From Ostrea edulis (lineage: Eukaryota), in contig NC_079172.1 in NCBI RefSeq assembly GCF_947568905.1, positions 21,514,001 through 21,578,000 of the forward strand: DNA of 64,000 bases. Direction: 5' to 3'. Shown here in pieces: positions 1 through 12,870 of this stretch. A program made the translations under genes and the position numbers. The notes under the pieces were generated by a model, which was given only the letters and a program-made list of their open reading frames with translations, searched no databases and was not told the origin of the DNA. Position 1 is the stretch's first letter, and the number at the start of each line of letters is the position of its first letter.

Positions 1-248
1 AAATCAATAGTTCTTTACCTACCGCTTGTGACGTCTCAATATGAGTGACTAAATCAATAGTTCTTTACCTACCGCTTGTGACGTCTCAATATGAGTGACT
101 AAATAAATAGTTCTTTACCTACCGTTTGTGACGTCTCAATATGAGTGACTAAATCAATAGTTCTTTACCTACCGCTTGTGACGTCTCAATATGAGTGACT
201 AAATCAATAGTTCTTTATCTACCGCTTGTGATGTCTCAATATGAGTGA
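1..248 (+). repeat. 50-bp tandem array, about 5 copies, truncated by the window start
   Basis: Unit aaatcaatagttctttacctaccgcttgtgacgtctcaatatgagtgact repeats almost perfectly. Its 3' half matches the SINE 3' region gtgacgtctccatatgagtga seen in reverse at about 14290. Confidence 0.95.
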
Positions 249-394
249 AACATCAAATAAATAAACAAAGCAACACATCAATTGAGATAACAGCCATGTT
301 TGTAATAATTGCAATAGTGATCATTGCTACTATAGTGGTTACGCGATTCAACTGCTATTAATGTGATAATCGTAAATATCACTTCATTTGAAAC

Positions 395-582
395 CCGGAT
401 TGGAATAGGTCCTCTGTACCCCATGCTTGTCGTAAGAGGTGACTAAATAGGGCGGTCCTTGGATGAAACCGCTAAAACCGAGGCCCCGTGTCACAGCAAG
501 TGTGGCATGATAAAGATCCCTCCCTGTTCAAAGGCCGTAAGTGCCGAGCATAAGCCTACATTTTGAAGCCCATCACCGGTAT
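395..582 (+). mobile_element. Fragment of a tRNA-derived SINE (Meta/Deu-domain, BivaMD-like)
   Basis: cttgtcgtaagaggtgactaaa and ccttggatgaaaccgctaaaaccgaggcccc core motifs; the same family occurs at 14232, 29466 and 45330. Confidence 0.75.
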
Positions 583-629
583 ACTGATTTTAACTACACA
601 TTACTCTATTTCCCTGATCAAAATATAGG

Positions 630-770
630 GTTCACGGCAGATATGGCAGGTTAACAAAGGATTCTTACTCCTCCTAGAGACCTGATCCCACCTCTGGTGT
701 GTCTTGGGGTCAGTGTTTGTCCTTCTCTTAATTATGAGATTGATCACTGTTTGTTATCTTCACTTGTTCA
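630..770 (+). mobile_element. Terminal repeat (pseudo-LTR end) of a Naiad Penelope-like element
   Basis: Reverse complement of the module downstream of the RT ORF at 4850-5130 (ctcctcctag-acctgatcccacctctggtgtgtc ... gatcactgtt-gttatcttcac). Confidence 0.85.
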
Positions 771-1091
771 CATACAACAACATGCATCACATCAAAGATC
801 TGTTTGTTATCGTCACTTGTTCATCAAAGATCTGTGTAATGGAGAGCTTCACTGCAAATCAATATGTAACCTTTATCATGGTGGCGGTGATACATTGTGA
901 TACTTATAAGCTTATTGCAATGCAGTAATCTTCACAATGATGACTGTTCTTACGTCAGTCGTTAATTTGCTTGTAATTGTAAGAATAATTGTTATTACAT
1001 TGTATTTACGTTAATCGTAACACTTATAATTGTAACAAAAGTGTTCGTCATTACAATAATTGGGACTCTTATAATTATCAAAACATTATGA

Positions 1092-1219
1092 TTGTGACTA
1101 TTATGTGACATTGTGACTATTATGTGACATTGTGACTATTATGTGACATTGTGACTATTATGTGACATTGTGACTATTATGTGACATTGTGACTATTATG
1201 TGACATTGTGACTATTATG
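1092..1219. repeat. 19-bp minisatellite (ttgtgactattatgtgaca), about 6.7 copies, within low-complexity DNA
   Basis: Direct inspection; lies between two oppositely oriented Naiad termini. Confidence 0.95.
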
Positions 1220-1296
1220 ATTATGAATTTACATTAATTATGACTATTGTAATTATTACATTAATTGTGACTATTCTGATTATTACATCACTGTAA

Positions 1297-1960
1297 GGCG
1301 ACGATAACAAACAGTGATCAATCTCATAACTCCTATAAGCAATACAAAATATAAAAGGTGAAGATAACGAACAGTGATCAATCCCATAACTTCTATAAGC
1401 AATACAAAATAGATAGTTGGGCAAACACGGACACCTGGACACACCAGAAATGGGATCAGGTGCCTAGGAGGAGTAAGCATCCCCTGTCGACCGATCACAA
1501 CCGCCGTGAGCCCTATATCCTGATCAGGTAAACGGAGTTATCCGTAGTCAAAATCAGTGGGCCAAGAACGGCTTAACAATCGGTAGGAAACACGTCAGGC
1601 AGCATTTGACCCAATGATGGGTTGTATTGACGAACTAGATCGCTATAACGACTATAGAATTTGCGAAATGCTGACTTCAAGCGAGACTGTTGAAACCCCT
1701 GTACAATCAACTTGTTTGTCAGTAGCTAGCCTCGGTTTATAAATTTACCATAAGCAGAACAAGCTCTTGCGTATCGAATCAGTTGAGAGATATAAAAACC
1801 ATATGTAGGTTATAATGGAATACTGCTACATAAAAAGGGAAATTGACGATGGAGAAGCTGACATCATCCCGTTTGTTATACAGTTGCGGTGTCAGTTTGT
1901 CATTAATGTCTACTGCTTATGTTGACGGCATCTATTTCTTTGTTTGTAAATATGAGCTTA
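1297..1960 (-). mobile_element. Naiad 3' portion: RT C-terminus remnant plus terminal repeat
   Basis: Close match to 4850-5480 (gcatttgacccaatgat...gaaattgacgatggagaagctga); the terminus is partly duplicated at 1297-1350. Confidence 0.85.
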
Positions 1961-2289
1961 AGGAATTGGTGGCATGATTTGGAAGGAATGTCATCCATCA
2001 ACGTGCTGGTTTAAAGAGCCTGTGATTGGCAACATCCATAATCATAGAGTTCAGTCTATATTCAGATGTTGAAAAATCCAAGTATATACTAGCATTGGCT
2101 TCTTCAAATAACGTATGTAAAACTCTCAATGGAACAGAGTAAAGTTTTGTACGAATATGATGTGGACCTAATTGTCTGTTGACGTAAGGTAAAAGTGAAT
2201 CAAACGTGATATCATTTATACTTGGTCTTTTAAATTTATATGAACGATGTCCATGACTGCGTCAACCAATCGTATAAGGAATACAAAAT

Positions 2290-2638
2290 TTAGAGCATAT
2301 CAAACACAATCGTATAAGGAATTCCAAATTAAAAGTATGCCAAACACGGATCCCTGGATATACCAGAGGTGGTATCAGGTGCCTAGAAGGAGTAAGCATC
2401 CCCTGTCGAATTGTATCACCCGCCTTGAGCCCTATATCTTGATTTGGTAAACGGAGTTATCAGCTCAGGAGTAATCCGTGGTCAAAATTACTACAGTTTG
2501 TAAAGAACAACATAGCAATTAGTATGGAACACTTCATACAGCCTTCGACCTAATGACAGGTTGTATTTTCAAATAAGAGCATAAAAACGACCATAGAATT
2601 TGCGGAATGCTGACTTCAAATGAGACTGTTGAAACCCT
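2290..2638 (-). mobile_element. Inverted Naiad terminal repeat abutting the 5' end of the plus-strand ORF remnant
   Basis: Same module as 4850-5250; joins directly to GIY-YIG-coding sequence at about 2640. Confidence 0.8.
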
Positions 2639-2639
2639 A

Positions 2640-4230
2640 AAAATCTTCAAACGTTTACCAGATCATTCTATCTTGTCCATGAGTGTTAGAATGATAAAAA
2701 AAATTACCCTCACACTAACAACCCATCGTTAAGAACACGTTTTCGTAGACAACGACAAGATCACTGAATGAAGACTCTAGGCACTGCATTTCCCTATTGG
2801 TGTTACGACAAGGTATACAATGTGGGAAATCTGACTAGTCCATTAAGAAATAACATGAATGTAATAGGATTTTTTCCAAAAACACAAAGACGTAAACGCA
2901 GTCATGGGCATAGTTGATAAGAGCCCTATATTCCCAACAATATACGTCTACTATTGTATCCAACGTTTTTAATTACAAACAAACACTACAGTGCCTAGAT
3001 AAAGACCATCTTATACACAACCCACCTACGTATTCGTTTCCGTCGTATCCTTTCAAGTATAGTCCAACTGGACAGGTCAGTGTTGATGATGTTGATGAAG
3101 TTGCAAATCAGGACCTGAAATCACTTATTTTAAAAGATCCTAAATTCATAGAACTCCAGTCTTTCAATTGGTGACAGAACTTCATCTCTATTATGAATCT
3201 TGTCGATAATTATGTCAGACGATGGGATAGATATGAAAAAGAAATCATTACCTTGTCCGAATGGATCAAACTTTAAGAGGAATATTAGAATTGCATTTTA
3301 GACACATCAAAATTGAAGTGCGTACCATCTATCCTTGTCCATACATATAATAATAATACTTTACATAAGGAGTATGTTTTAGTTCATGCTGATAAAGCTT
3401 GTAACTACATTGTCTTTTGCATTTCAAATGAACTTGGCATTTATTCCACATTTGTTCATCTTACTTCTACTCCAATTGCCCTTTCAGAAAATGATATTCT
3501 TCAAAATCATGCTTAAGTTTGAAACATATTTGATATCTTCGTCAATAGGACGAATGAATACATGTATGTGTTACCGTACTTATATTCGATCCCAAAACTT
3601 CACAAAAAACCTTATAAAGATACATTGCTAGATCCAGTAAATATTCTACCAAGCTCCTATATTTGCTCCTCACGAAAATATTAACAGCAGTGAAGGAGCA
3701 ACTTCAAACGCATTGTGCCACAACATATCCGAAAAGTTCTGTAAGTCAAATATGGATTCTTAAATATTATGAAAAACTTTATTAAATTTTAAGTCACAAA
3801 ACTTTTCTCAAATCAACAATAAGAAAACCTATGTCTTTTTAATACTTTACACGACCAATCCTCACGATGAATCAAATTAAGACCAAACTTTTTGACATCA
3901 TAGTACGTTACATCTGCTATAAAATATTCATATCTAGTGATCAGTTATTCAAAGTATGACTATGTTAAACACCACTAATTACACGCACTAGTATTCTGAA
4001 ATTGACAGAAAAAGATGCTGGACAATATCGTCGTAGTCTTTGGTAATCGGGTCTTCCAACAGTCTGTTGGAAATCCCATGAGCACGAATTTGGCTCCTTT
4101 ACTAATGCACCTGTTTTTATATTCTTTCAATGCAGAATATATTAACAATTCGATGACGTTTTATCTATCAACAGTAATAATTGTCATTCATATGTCGATT
4201 CGACATATCCCAGTGAACTCGAAATAAAAC
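2640..4230 (+). pseudogene. Decayed Naiad ORF: GIY-YIG endonuclease C-terminal half, CxC linker, RT
   Basis: Read across frameshifts: PDHSILSMSVRMIKKI..RRQRQDH*MKTLGTAFPY (EN end); IVSNVFNYKQ..PPTYSFPSYPFKYSPTGQV..KDPKFIELQSFNW (eroded CxC linker); then LVHADKACNYIVF, IPKLHK and QQSVGNPMSTNLAPLL (RT motifs). Confidence 0.8.
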
Positions 4231-4249
4231 AGAATTTAACATTCGACAT

Positions 4250-4517
4250 TTTTACTGCTCCTAGGTACATGATCCCACCTCTGTGTGTCCAGGGATCAGT
4301 GTTTGCTCAACTCTTTACCATGAAAGGTGAAGATAACGAACAGTGATCAATATCATAACTCCTATAAGCAATACAATATACATAGTTGGACAAACACGGA
4401 CCCCTGGGCACACCAGAGGTGGGGTCAGGTGCCTAGGAGCAGTATGCATCCCCTGTCAACCGGTCACACCCGCCGTGAGCCCTAAATCCTGATCAGGTAA
4501 ACGGAGTTATCCGTACC
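4250..4517. mobile_element. Two Naiad terminal-repeat fragments tail-to-tail (about 4250-4310 plus, 4320-4517 minus)
   Basis: Sequence match to the terminal module in both orientations. Confidence 0.8.
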
Positions 4518-4849
4518 ATTTAACTACTCAACTTTAACTATTTTTAGAATTCTGGAATGTCTGATGCGTTGGTTCACCAATTATTAAAAGAATATTTGTT
4601 GAAACGTTTAAGGGACCTGGAGGAGTTAACCTTACCTTCGAAAAGAGTGGGATTGACTGAATAGTTGCAAGGATACTAGGGAAACTTTATAAAGCTGGAA
4701 AAACATTTATTTGAAAATGTTTGGAAAAGATCCCAAGTTTACTGTAATACATGATGAAGGCAACGATATCGGCTCAAACTAAGTTCCTTCTTTAATTTGC
4801 TACCAAATGCAACAAGATCCTGATAGAAGTCAAAGGTTATTAGGACAGT

Positions 4850-6606
4850 GAAAGGTGAAGATACCGAACAGTGATCAATCTCATAACTCCTACAAGCAAT
4901 ACAATATAGATAGTTGGGCAAACACGGACCCCTGGACACACCAGAAGTGGGATCAGGTGTCTAGGAGGAGTAAGCATCCCCTGTTGACCGGTCACATCTG
5001 CCGTGAACCCTATATTATTATTATTATTATTTTATTCATTTATAATGCGCAAAATTACAAATAGTTTCTATGAGTTATCCTGTTCAGGTAAACGGAGTTA
5101 TCCGCAGTCAAAATCAGTGGGCCAAGAACGGCTTAACAATCGGTAGGAAACACGTCAGACAGCATTTGACCCAATGATAGGTTGTATTGACGAACTAGAT
5201 CGTTATAACGACCATATAATTTGCGAAATGCTGACTTCAATCGACACTGTTGAAACCCCTGTACAATCAACTTGTTTGTCAGTGGCTTACCTCGATTTAA
5301 TAACTGACTATACGCAGAACAAGCTCTTGCATATCGAATCAGTTGAGATATATAAACACCATATGCAGGTGATAATGGAATATTGCTACATAAATATGGG
5401 AAGTTGACGATGGAGAAGCTGAAATCATCTCGTTTTTCATACAGTTGAGCTGTCAGTTTGCCATTAATGGCTACTTTCAATAAAATATCTAAGTATGAAG
5501 CAGAAGTGGACGACTCTGTGGTGTCCTTCATTTCGAGTTCACAGGGATTTATCAAATCGACATATGAATGAACGTTATTATTGTTAATAGACAAAACGTC
5601 ATCGCTATATACAAAAGTCGAATTGAAGGCCACAGCGAGATATTTTTTCTTCTCACGTAGAAGTTTTTGAATAAATTCTGCTTCATATGGATATAGAAAC
5701 AGGTCAGCTAACAAAGGAGCACAATTCGTGCCCATGGGAATTCCAACAGACTGTTGGAAGACCTGATCACCAAAGACCACGAAGATATTGTCAATGAGGA
5801 ACTCTAGCATATTTTTTATTTCAACTTCAAGAGTGGTGTTTAACAAAGTAAGTTTTTGAATGACTGATCACTAGATATGAATATTTCTGTTTTTCATTTT
5901 TTGTTGAAGAAGCAACTGTCTATGATGTCAAAAGTCTAGTCTTTAATTTATCGTGAGGAATGGTCGTGTATAGTGTTGAATAGTCATAGGTTCTAATATT
6001 ATTGATTTGGGGAAAATTCTGCGATTTCAAGTTTACTAAAAGTTCTTTAGAATTTTTTAGAATCCACATTTGATTAACACCACTTCTGGCATATGTAGTC
6101 GCACAGTAAGTTTGAAGTTTCTCCTTCACAGCTGTTAATATTTTCGTGAGGAGCAAAGATAGGGGCTTGGTAGAGCACTTACTGGATCCAGCAATGTATC
6201 TTTGTTTGTAAGGGTTTTTATGTAGTTTAGGAATACAGTATAGGTATGGTAACTCATAATCATTCGACCCATTAACTGGTATATTAAATGTGTCTAAAAC
6301 TGAAGCATGGTTTTGAAGAACTTCATCTTTTGAAAGAGCAGTTGGAGGAAAAGTACGATTACCAAAAGTAGAATCAATGCCAAGTTCGTTTAAAATACAG
6401 TTGTAATATTGAGCCTTACAAACAAAGACAATGTTGTTACTAGCTTTGTCAGCTGGAACCAAAACATATTCCTCATGTAACCTATCTAATTCTTTCATCA
6501 CTTCTGGTTTACTAAACACAGAAGGATAGATGGTACGTACTTTTGTTTTCATATGTCTAATGCGGGATTTTAATATTCCTCTTATGCTTTGAACCCATTC
6601 CGACAA
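4850..6606 (-). mobile_element. 5'-truncated Naiad Penelope-like retroelement; RT split into ORFs 5920-6639 and 5133-5846; terminal repeat 4850-5130
   Basis: VPADKASNNIVFVCK, IPKLHKNPYKQRYIAGSSKCSTKPLS, YDYSTLYTTIPH, GIPMGTNCAPLLADLFLY, YSDD (consensus YIDD), KRDDFSFSIVNFP and SPAYGVYISQLIRYARAC. Frameshifts and a short deletion lie at about 5830-5930. Confidence 0.9.
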
Positions 6607-6860
6607 TGCACAATGTGAGATGGTCTCACATCTTTCCACGCATTAAGTGCAAATATTCCCACGCTTCCAAGGATATTAAAAGATGTACAGACCGTTTGAA
6701 TGGGATTGCAGCAAAAGTAGTCTTGGAACAGGGATGTTACCTAACGCACCCTGATCTGGTAAGCGATATAAGCGAGTTTTTGTTACCTGATGGTGTGCAT
6801 TTATCACCATAGGGTACTGCATTATTTCTCAAATCTTGTATCTTGTTTAACGTCTCTCTC
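6606..6860 (+). pseudogene. SGNH/GDSL hydrolase fragment, probably retroelement-derived (Ngaro-like)
   Basis: VRWSHIFPR...GCYLTHPDL...FLLPDGVHLSP*GTALFL contains the SGNH block V DxxH motif. Confidence 0.6.
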
Positions 6861-6869
6861 AAGAATTGT

Positions 6870-7190
6870 CCACTCATGGAATTTCTCAAATCAATACAGG
6901 GGTGACTTGGGTACTTTCCCGCGGAGAAACATTTATCCATGCGTGTACATGTTTGTTTAAACACATTGGAAGTAGTATCTAGGCAGTGTTGGTCGTAAAA
7001 CTGTTGACTAGTTGTTTCCCTTATGTATGGAGTGATTGTAAACTGTGTTTGCTGCCAGGTGGTGTCTGGGCACACCAAGTTACCTATTAGTGTTAATTTC
7101 ACTCTGCTGAACTGTGCTGTGTTGATACGCTCGCCTACGTGTATGCTTCGTCATACTCTTATGTGACACTGTCCTGAAGTGTATATTTTG
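6870..7190 (-). pseudogene. Decayed gag-like fragment of a tyrosine-recombinase (DIRS/Ngaro) retrotransposon
   Basis: Frameshifted EYDEAY/RRRA..EINTN followed by an eroded Cys/His cluster (TCTRMDKCF..HPC). Confidence 0.4.
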
Positions 7191-8489
7191 GTTATCTAGC
7201 CACTTAGAAATTTGAGCAATAATACGTATTATGAGATGGGTTATTGTAATGTTTGATATCGAGAGTAACTACAAGTACTGAATGAAGTTTGGGATGTTTG
7301 ATAAATCGTTTAATAAATCCGAAGTTTGATCAATTTCAGGTTTGAATGAATAATACTTTGTAATATAACAAATAAAGATAACGTTATCATGAAACATTCG
7401 TTGTCGTTTTACTTTGTGAATGCTAATTTGATTCCTATAGGTGATATGTACATTCATATTTTTACCACCTCCTAGTAAATTAGAAACTCGAAATATATGC
7501 TTCAAAAATAGATAATTTATCGAAAGGGATTGATGAATAGCAATTGATCAATTGCAGTTTGGAAGATAAATGTTCTGACTGTTAATTAATTAAATGTCAA
7601 TGAAATGTTGCGTGTTTTCACTAGTACTCCCACGATGTACTAAAGAGGATACACTCCTACATGTATGTATCCACTACATCGTACATGGAATACAGCAGTA
7701 TTTGGTACCAGTTAGCGATATTTCATGGAAAAATGAATTTATTAAAAATATATATCTTCTTTATTTTCATAACATTGACTATACAGTATATTATCTTTAG
7801 CATGTTATCAAATGAATTGCACAAAAAGCATCAGTTTGTAGTTTTATATTTATTATTCATTGAAATAAAATCTGTCAGAAGAGAAAAAAAAAATGAAAAC
7901 GTCACCAATAATATCTCTTTGCTTGTCTCGTACTTGAAACAATAATGACAGAAAATGCGTTGAATTTGTACTTTTAAGATTATAGGAATTTATAGTTCTG
8001 GGTTGGAGCCTGTCTCGTTACTTGATGCTATTAGACATTGAAACAATTTTAACTCATTCAAGCCACCGATAAAATGTATCTCCTTAATTGCAAAATTATA
8101 GGCCGTATACAAACAGAAAATTTAAAAGGGGGAATTGTCTGAGAGCGCCATTTTATTATTTGTCCATTAAAATTAATGCCACTAGCCATTATAGGCAATC
8201 CTCGCTCTCATGTTGGTCCCCCCTTTTGTTCATTTAAGTAATGCAATAACATCAGACTCTATAAATTGACCGTGATTTTCAGCGAAACTAAATCCGTTGA
8301 TTTGAAAGTCAATATCAAACGATCTTGATAGATTGATATTTGGAAGTAGAAACCAGTGAGACGATGCATACAGCAATACGAAATACATATGCTTCATAAT
8401 TATTGCAAAATAGTGTGACTCCTCGCATGTGCACAAACAAATCGTTCGCATAATACGATAACTGTACATTGGTCGAAGGCGAATATCTT

Positions 8490-9305
8490 CAGTATAAGAA
8501 TCCAGGCACTTTAGGTATCCTAAGTACAAGAAACCAGACAGTTCAATTATCCCCAGTACAATAACAAGCCACTTTAATTATCCTCAGTACAAGAAACCAG
8601 ACACTTTAGGTATCCTCAGTACAAGAAACCAGACACTTTAATTATCCTCAGTACAAGAAATCAGACACTTTAGGTATCCTCAGTACAAGAAACTAGACAC
8701 TTTAATTATCCTCAGTACAAGAAATCAGACACTCTAAGTATCCTAAGTACAAGAAACCAGACAGTTCAATTATCTTCAGTACAAGTAACCAGACACTTTA
8801 AGTATCCTCAGTACAAGAAACCAGACACTTTAATTATCCTCAGTACAAGAAACCAGACACTCTAAGTATCCTCAGTACAAAAAACAGACACTGTAAGTAT
8901 CCTTAGTACAAGAAACCAGACACTTTAATTATCCTCAGTACAAGAAATCAGACACTCTAAGTATCCTCAGTACAAAAAACAGACACTGTAAGTATCCTCA
9001 GTACAAGAAACCAGACACTTTAAGTATCCTCAGTACAAGAAACGAGAGACTTTAAGTATCCTCAGTACAAGAAACCAGACACTTTAAGTATCCTCAGTAC
9101 AAGAAACGAGAGACTTTAAGTATCCTCAGTACAAGAAACAGACACTTTAATTATCTTCAAGAATAATCTAGACACTTTAAATATCCTAAGTACAAGAAAC
9201 CAGACAGTTCAATTATCCTCAGTACAAGAAACCAGATACTCTAAGTATCCTCAGAAAAAGAAACCAGACACTTTAAGTATCCTTAGTTGAATAATCCAGA
9301 CAATT
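8490..9305. repeat. 32-bp minisatellite (cagtacaagaaaccagacactttaagtatcct), about 25 copies
   Basis: Direct inspection; unit spacing 31-32 bp. Confidence 0.95.
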
Positions 9306-12300
9306 TACCCTCTTATAAGAATAGTTTTTATCTTCGGCATTTGAACATTCGGTATTCTGCACGTCACAGTGAACAAGACATGTTGGTTTAGTATATGCCT
9401 TTAAACTGAGTTTTTCTTAAATTGAATTTTCTGCCATAGTATCACATCTGATTGATTGATTGATTGATTGTATTCAATAACATTAGATATATGTATAGCG
9501 TTGCGACACCCAAGTAGTATCATGGTTTATTGCCAATACAGCACGTTATCTTCTTGAAATGAAACGTCGTTTCTAAAACTTTAAATTCCATTACCTGTCA
9601 CTTTAATGACATATCTCAAATCCGTAAATAAAACAATTACACATGAGACATGTATGACGTAAATAAAACTATTACGCCTGTGACATGTATGACGTAAATA
9701 AAACTATTACGTATAAGACGTGTATGACGTAAATCTGAGATATGTATGGCGTAACTTGTATGTATTATTATACTTCTTTTATGTATAACTTCACCTGATG
9801 ATTGGCCTCCTTTTATGACGATTCTGTTTCTTGAAGTGTCATATTTAGCTTTCCCTGAAGCACCTCACTCAATCCTCAGTGTATTTTGATATATTCGTCA
9901 CCCAATACTTTATCAAGGAATAAACAAGTATTTAATTTAGAACCATATGTTTAAAAATGTAATTGTCTTGAAAATCAAACGAATCACGAGCGGCATTCAA
10001 TATCTTAAATATAGAGAATACATGTATATGTAACTTGTACTAAAGATAATATTTCGCAAACACAAAGCATTTTAGATTTTAAAATTCTGCTTATTTCAGC
10101 ACCATTGCGATCGTAATGTTTATGATGTCTGGAAAAACTTATTTCCTTTGACATAATGCATATTAATCTATTTTCAGATCTCATTGCATTTTTATTTATT
10201 ATATGACAATGTCCCATTGATACTTTGCACCATTGATTTACATAAATAGATATATGCTTGTTGCAACGTGAATTTCCCCACCTCCTACTTGTAACCCAAG
10301 TTCAGATCTATTTAAATTTCTGTATGCATGTATAAATGTTTATTGTGATATGCATAATAGAGAATTTTAAAAGGATTCTGTTGAATTTAAAACATTATTG
10401 GGTTTTTTCTGTTTGATACAGCATTGTGATTGCAAGGTATTTTTATGTTTCATGAAATGTCCCTATTTAAGTATGAGGTGCTCCAAATCAAATTCTATTT
10501 TCTTCCTATGACCAAAGTGCACTAGTCTGTTTCTCATGTGATAAACAAATAAGTCCAAGGTTCGTGGAACGTGACATCTATAAATGGTGACCATTATTTT
10601 CGTCCTCGTCATTATGGCAATAAAGACTCCTCACATATTTTGCCTAAAACGGAAACGCCCGTCGATGGATGAAGCTATAGCGCCATCTATCGATTTTTGA
10701 AAGACTCATCTTAGCAAATCCAGTACTGATGTATTAGCAAAACTGTTAAAGACATTCAGTATTTATGCTCCTGAGATCGATGATATTGTTCATGTTGTCT
10801 GTCCGTCCACTTTAATCATGGTCACAACATTTGAACTATAAAAGATATAAATACTTCAAATGATCATCAACGGATAGGTCAAGGTCAAAGAGGAAAACCA
10901 CGTGATTACGGTCTTGGCCATGTTCGGTGTCTTAAGAGTGTATTCGATTAAGCCACCCGAGTTGCACGGGTAACTAGAGTTGTAAATAAAATGTCTCGAC
11001 ACTAGTGCTGAACTCGTGTTACTCGAGTATACTCCCCATTTTACCAGGAGTAACAAGTGTTCCAATATGGCAGCGTGTTAGGAAGAAATGTAGTGTGAAG
11101 ATTAGTTTTGTCTATATTTCGTATCAGAAATGTAACGCATCAATAAAAACACGATACGAAACATAATTCTGAGACTTAAAATTGAACTGGATACTAAAAG
11201 GAAACTTTAAATCACATTTGCGAATGCACAGACTGTCGAAATGCTGAATTTACCAGATAATAATAAAACTATGTAATGATTTTTTTTTTCGTAATTGACG
11301 TTTACTAATTTTACAAAATGCAATTCTAAATGAGTATATGACAATTAGAATATATAAAATATTGCCTATGTAAATACAACAATGAATTTATTATATTACA
11401 TTTCCCCATCAGAGTTCGCATTTCTTGCGTTCCTACCCTCCATGTTGTAAACAAACACCACACAACACGATATGTTTTATTTTCATATATGGAGTTCATT
11501 GACTGAGCATGCGTAAATTCAACTCTAGTGTTACAAGTGTTGCTTTAATCGAATTCACCCACAGAGTTTCACAAACTCAAATTACGTTATCGGGTTATTT
11601 AAATCGGGTTAAAGAATGGTGTGTACGCGGTATTATTCTTATAGATAAAGATCATATTAATCAACAAGTCATGAAGGTTTATTTTCCTGGTAAAAACAAT
11701 GCCTTTAATGATACATGTAATAGAATCGAAGATTTATATATGTTGACTTTTATGAAGAATATACATGTACATGTGTACATGTACCCAGGACTTGTATACG
11801 TATAAACGCTAAATAAATGCTTGTTTGCATAACATATAAGAAATGTAAATCCCCTAAACAAAATAGGCAACACATGTGTGATTGAATATTAAGAAATATT
11901 TTATTTGTACAGAGAATAAATCCAGGTAACAAGACCACAATTATTCTGCCTCTGACAAAAATCTTGGAATTTCTTTGGCCGAAACCAGTACTACATACAT
12001 CTCTTACTAACCTAATATTGTCAATATGCCCTTTCCACGTGGTTTACTGACCACATATGTGTACTATGACGTCATGAATACGTATACCCTGTCAATGGAG
12101 TCAGCATATATGATGACGTCAAAGGTATAAAAAAAAAAAACATTGATTCATTTTTGAATCCCGTAATTGTTGAGAGTTTTTTAAATTGTGGCAGCTACAT
12201 TTTCATTGTTATACTCTAAGACTTGATAAAGTATTTCAAGAATCCATACATTGTAGTCATTTATTTTGACAGTTGTACATTAGAAAAGCATAAATCAATA

Positions 12301-12373
12301 TGCCTAAATACGTAAAATTTTGGACAGGATAAATTCGATATGTAGACACTTACATGTACGCCTAGCCCAATAA

Positions 12374-12419
<46 letters not shown>

Positions 12420-12489
12420 CCTACATAACTAATAATGTGTTACAACTGGATAATCCGCTCCCGCTCCACCAAGATCCCATCAATAAAAA

Positions 12490-12870
12490 AGAAATGTATC
12501 TAGCTGTGTGAAGTGGACCCCGCCTTTAAAGAGAACTTGTGTCTGTAGATGTTTGACCCCGTCTGTACATAGAAAAAAAATGTGTTTCTATTGCGTGAAG
12601 TGGACCCCGTCTCTACAGAGAAAGTGCGTCTCTAGATGTGTGAATTGGACCCCGTCTGTACAGAGAAAGTGTGTTTCTATTGCGTGAATTGGATCCCGTC
12701 TCTACAGAGAAAGTGTTTTTCTATTGCGTGAATTGGACCCCGTCTGTACAGAGAAAGTGTGTTTCTATTGCGTGAAGTGGACCCCGTCTGTACAGAGAAA
12801 GTATGTTTCTATTGCATGAAGTGGACCCCATCTGTACAGAGAAAACGTGTCTCCATTGTGTGAAGTTTAC
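12490..12870. repeat. 44-bp minisatellite (gtgaagtggaccccgtctgtacagagaaagtgtgtttctattgc), about 8 copies
   Basis: Direct inspection. Confidence 0.92.

Noticed and set aside
2760-2775. In-frame TGA in the Naiad ORF as possible selenocysteine (some clam Naiads are selenoproteins)
   Set aside because: The TGA falls at a conserved Trp position in a copy full of frameshifts and other stops, and no SECIS was recognised. Ordinary decay is more likely.
8490-9305. Regular 32-bp, 44-bp, 28-bp and 50-bp repeats as possible CRISPR arrays
   Set aside because: Units are head-to-tail with no unique spacers, there are no cas genes, and the context is eukaryotic; they are minisatellites.
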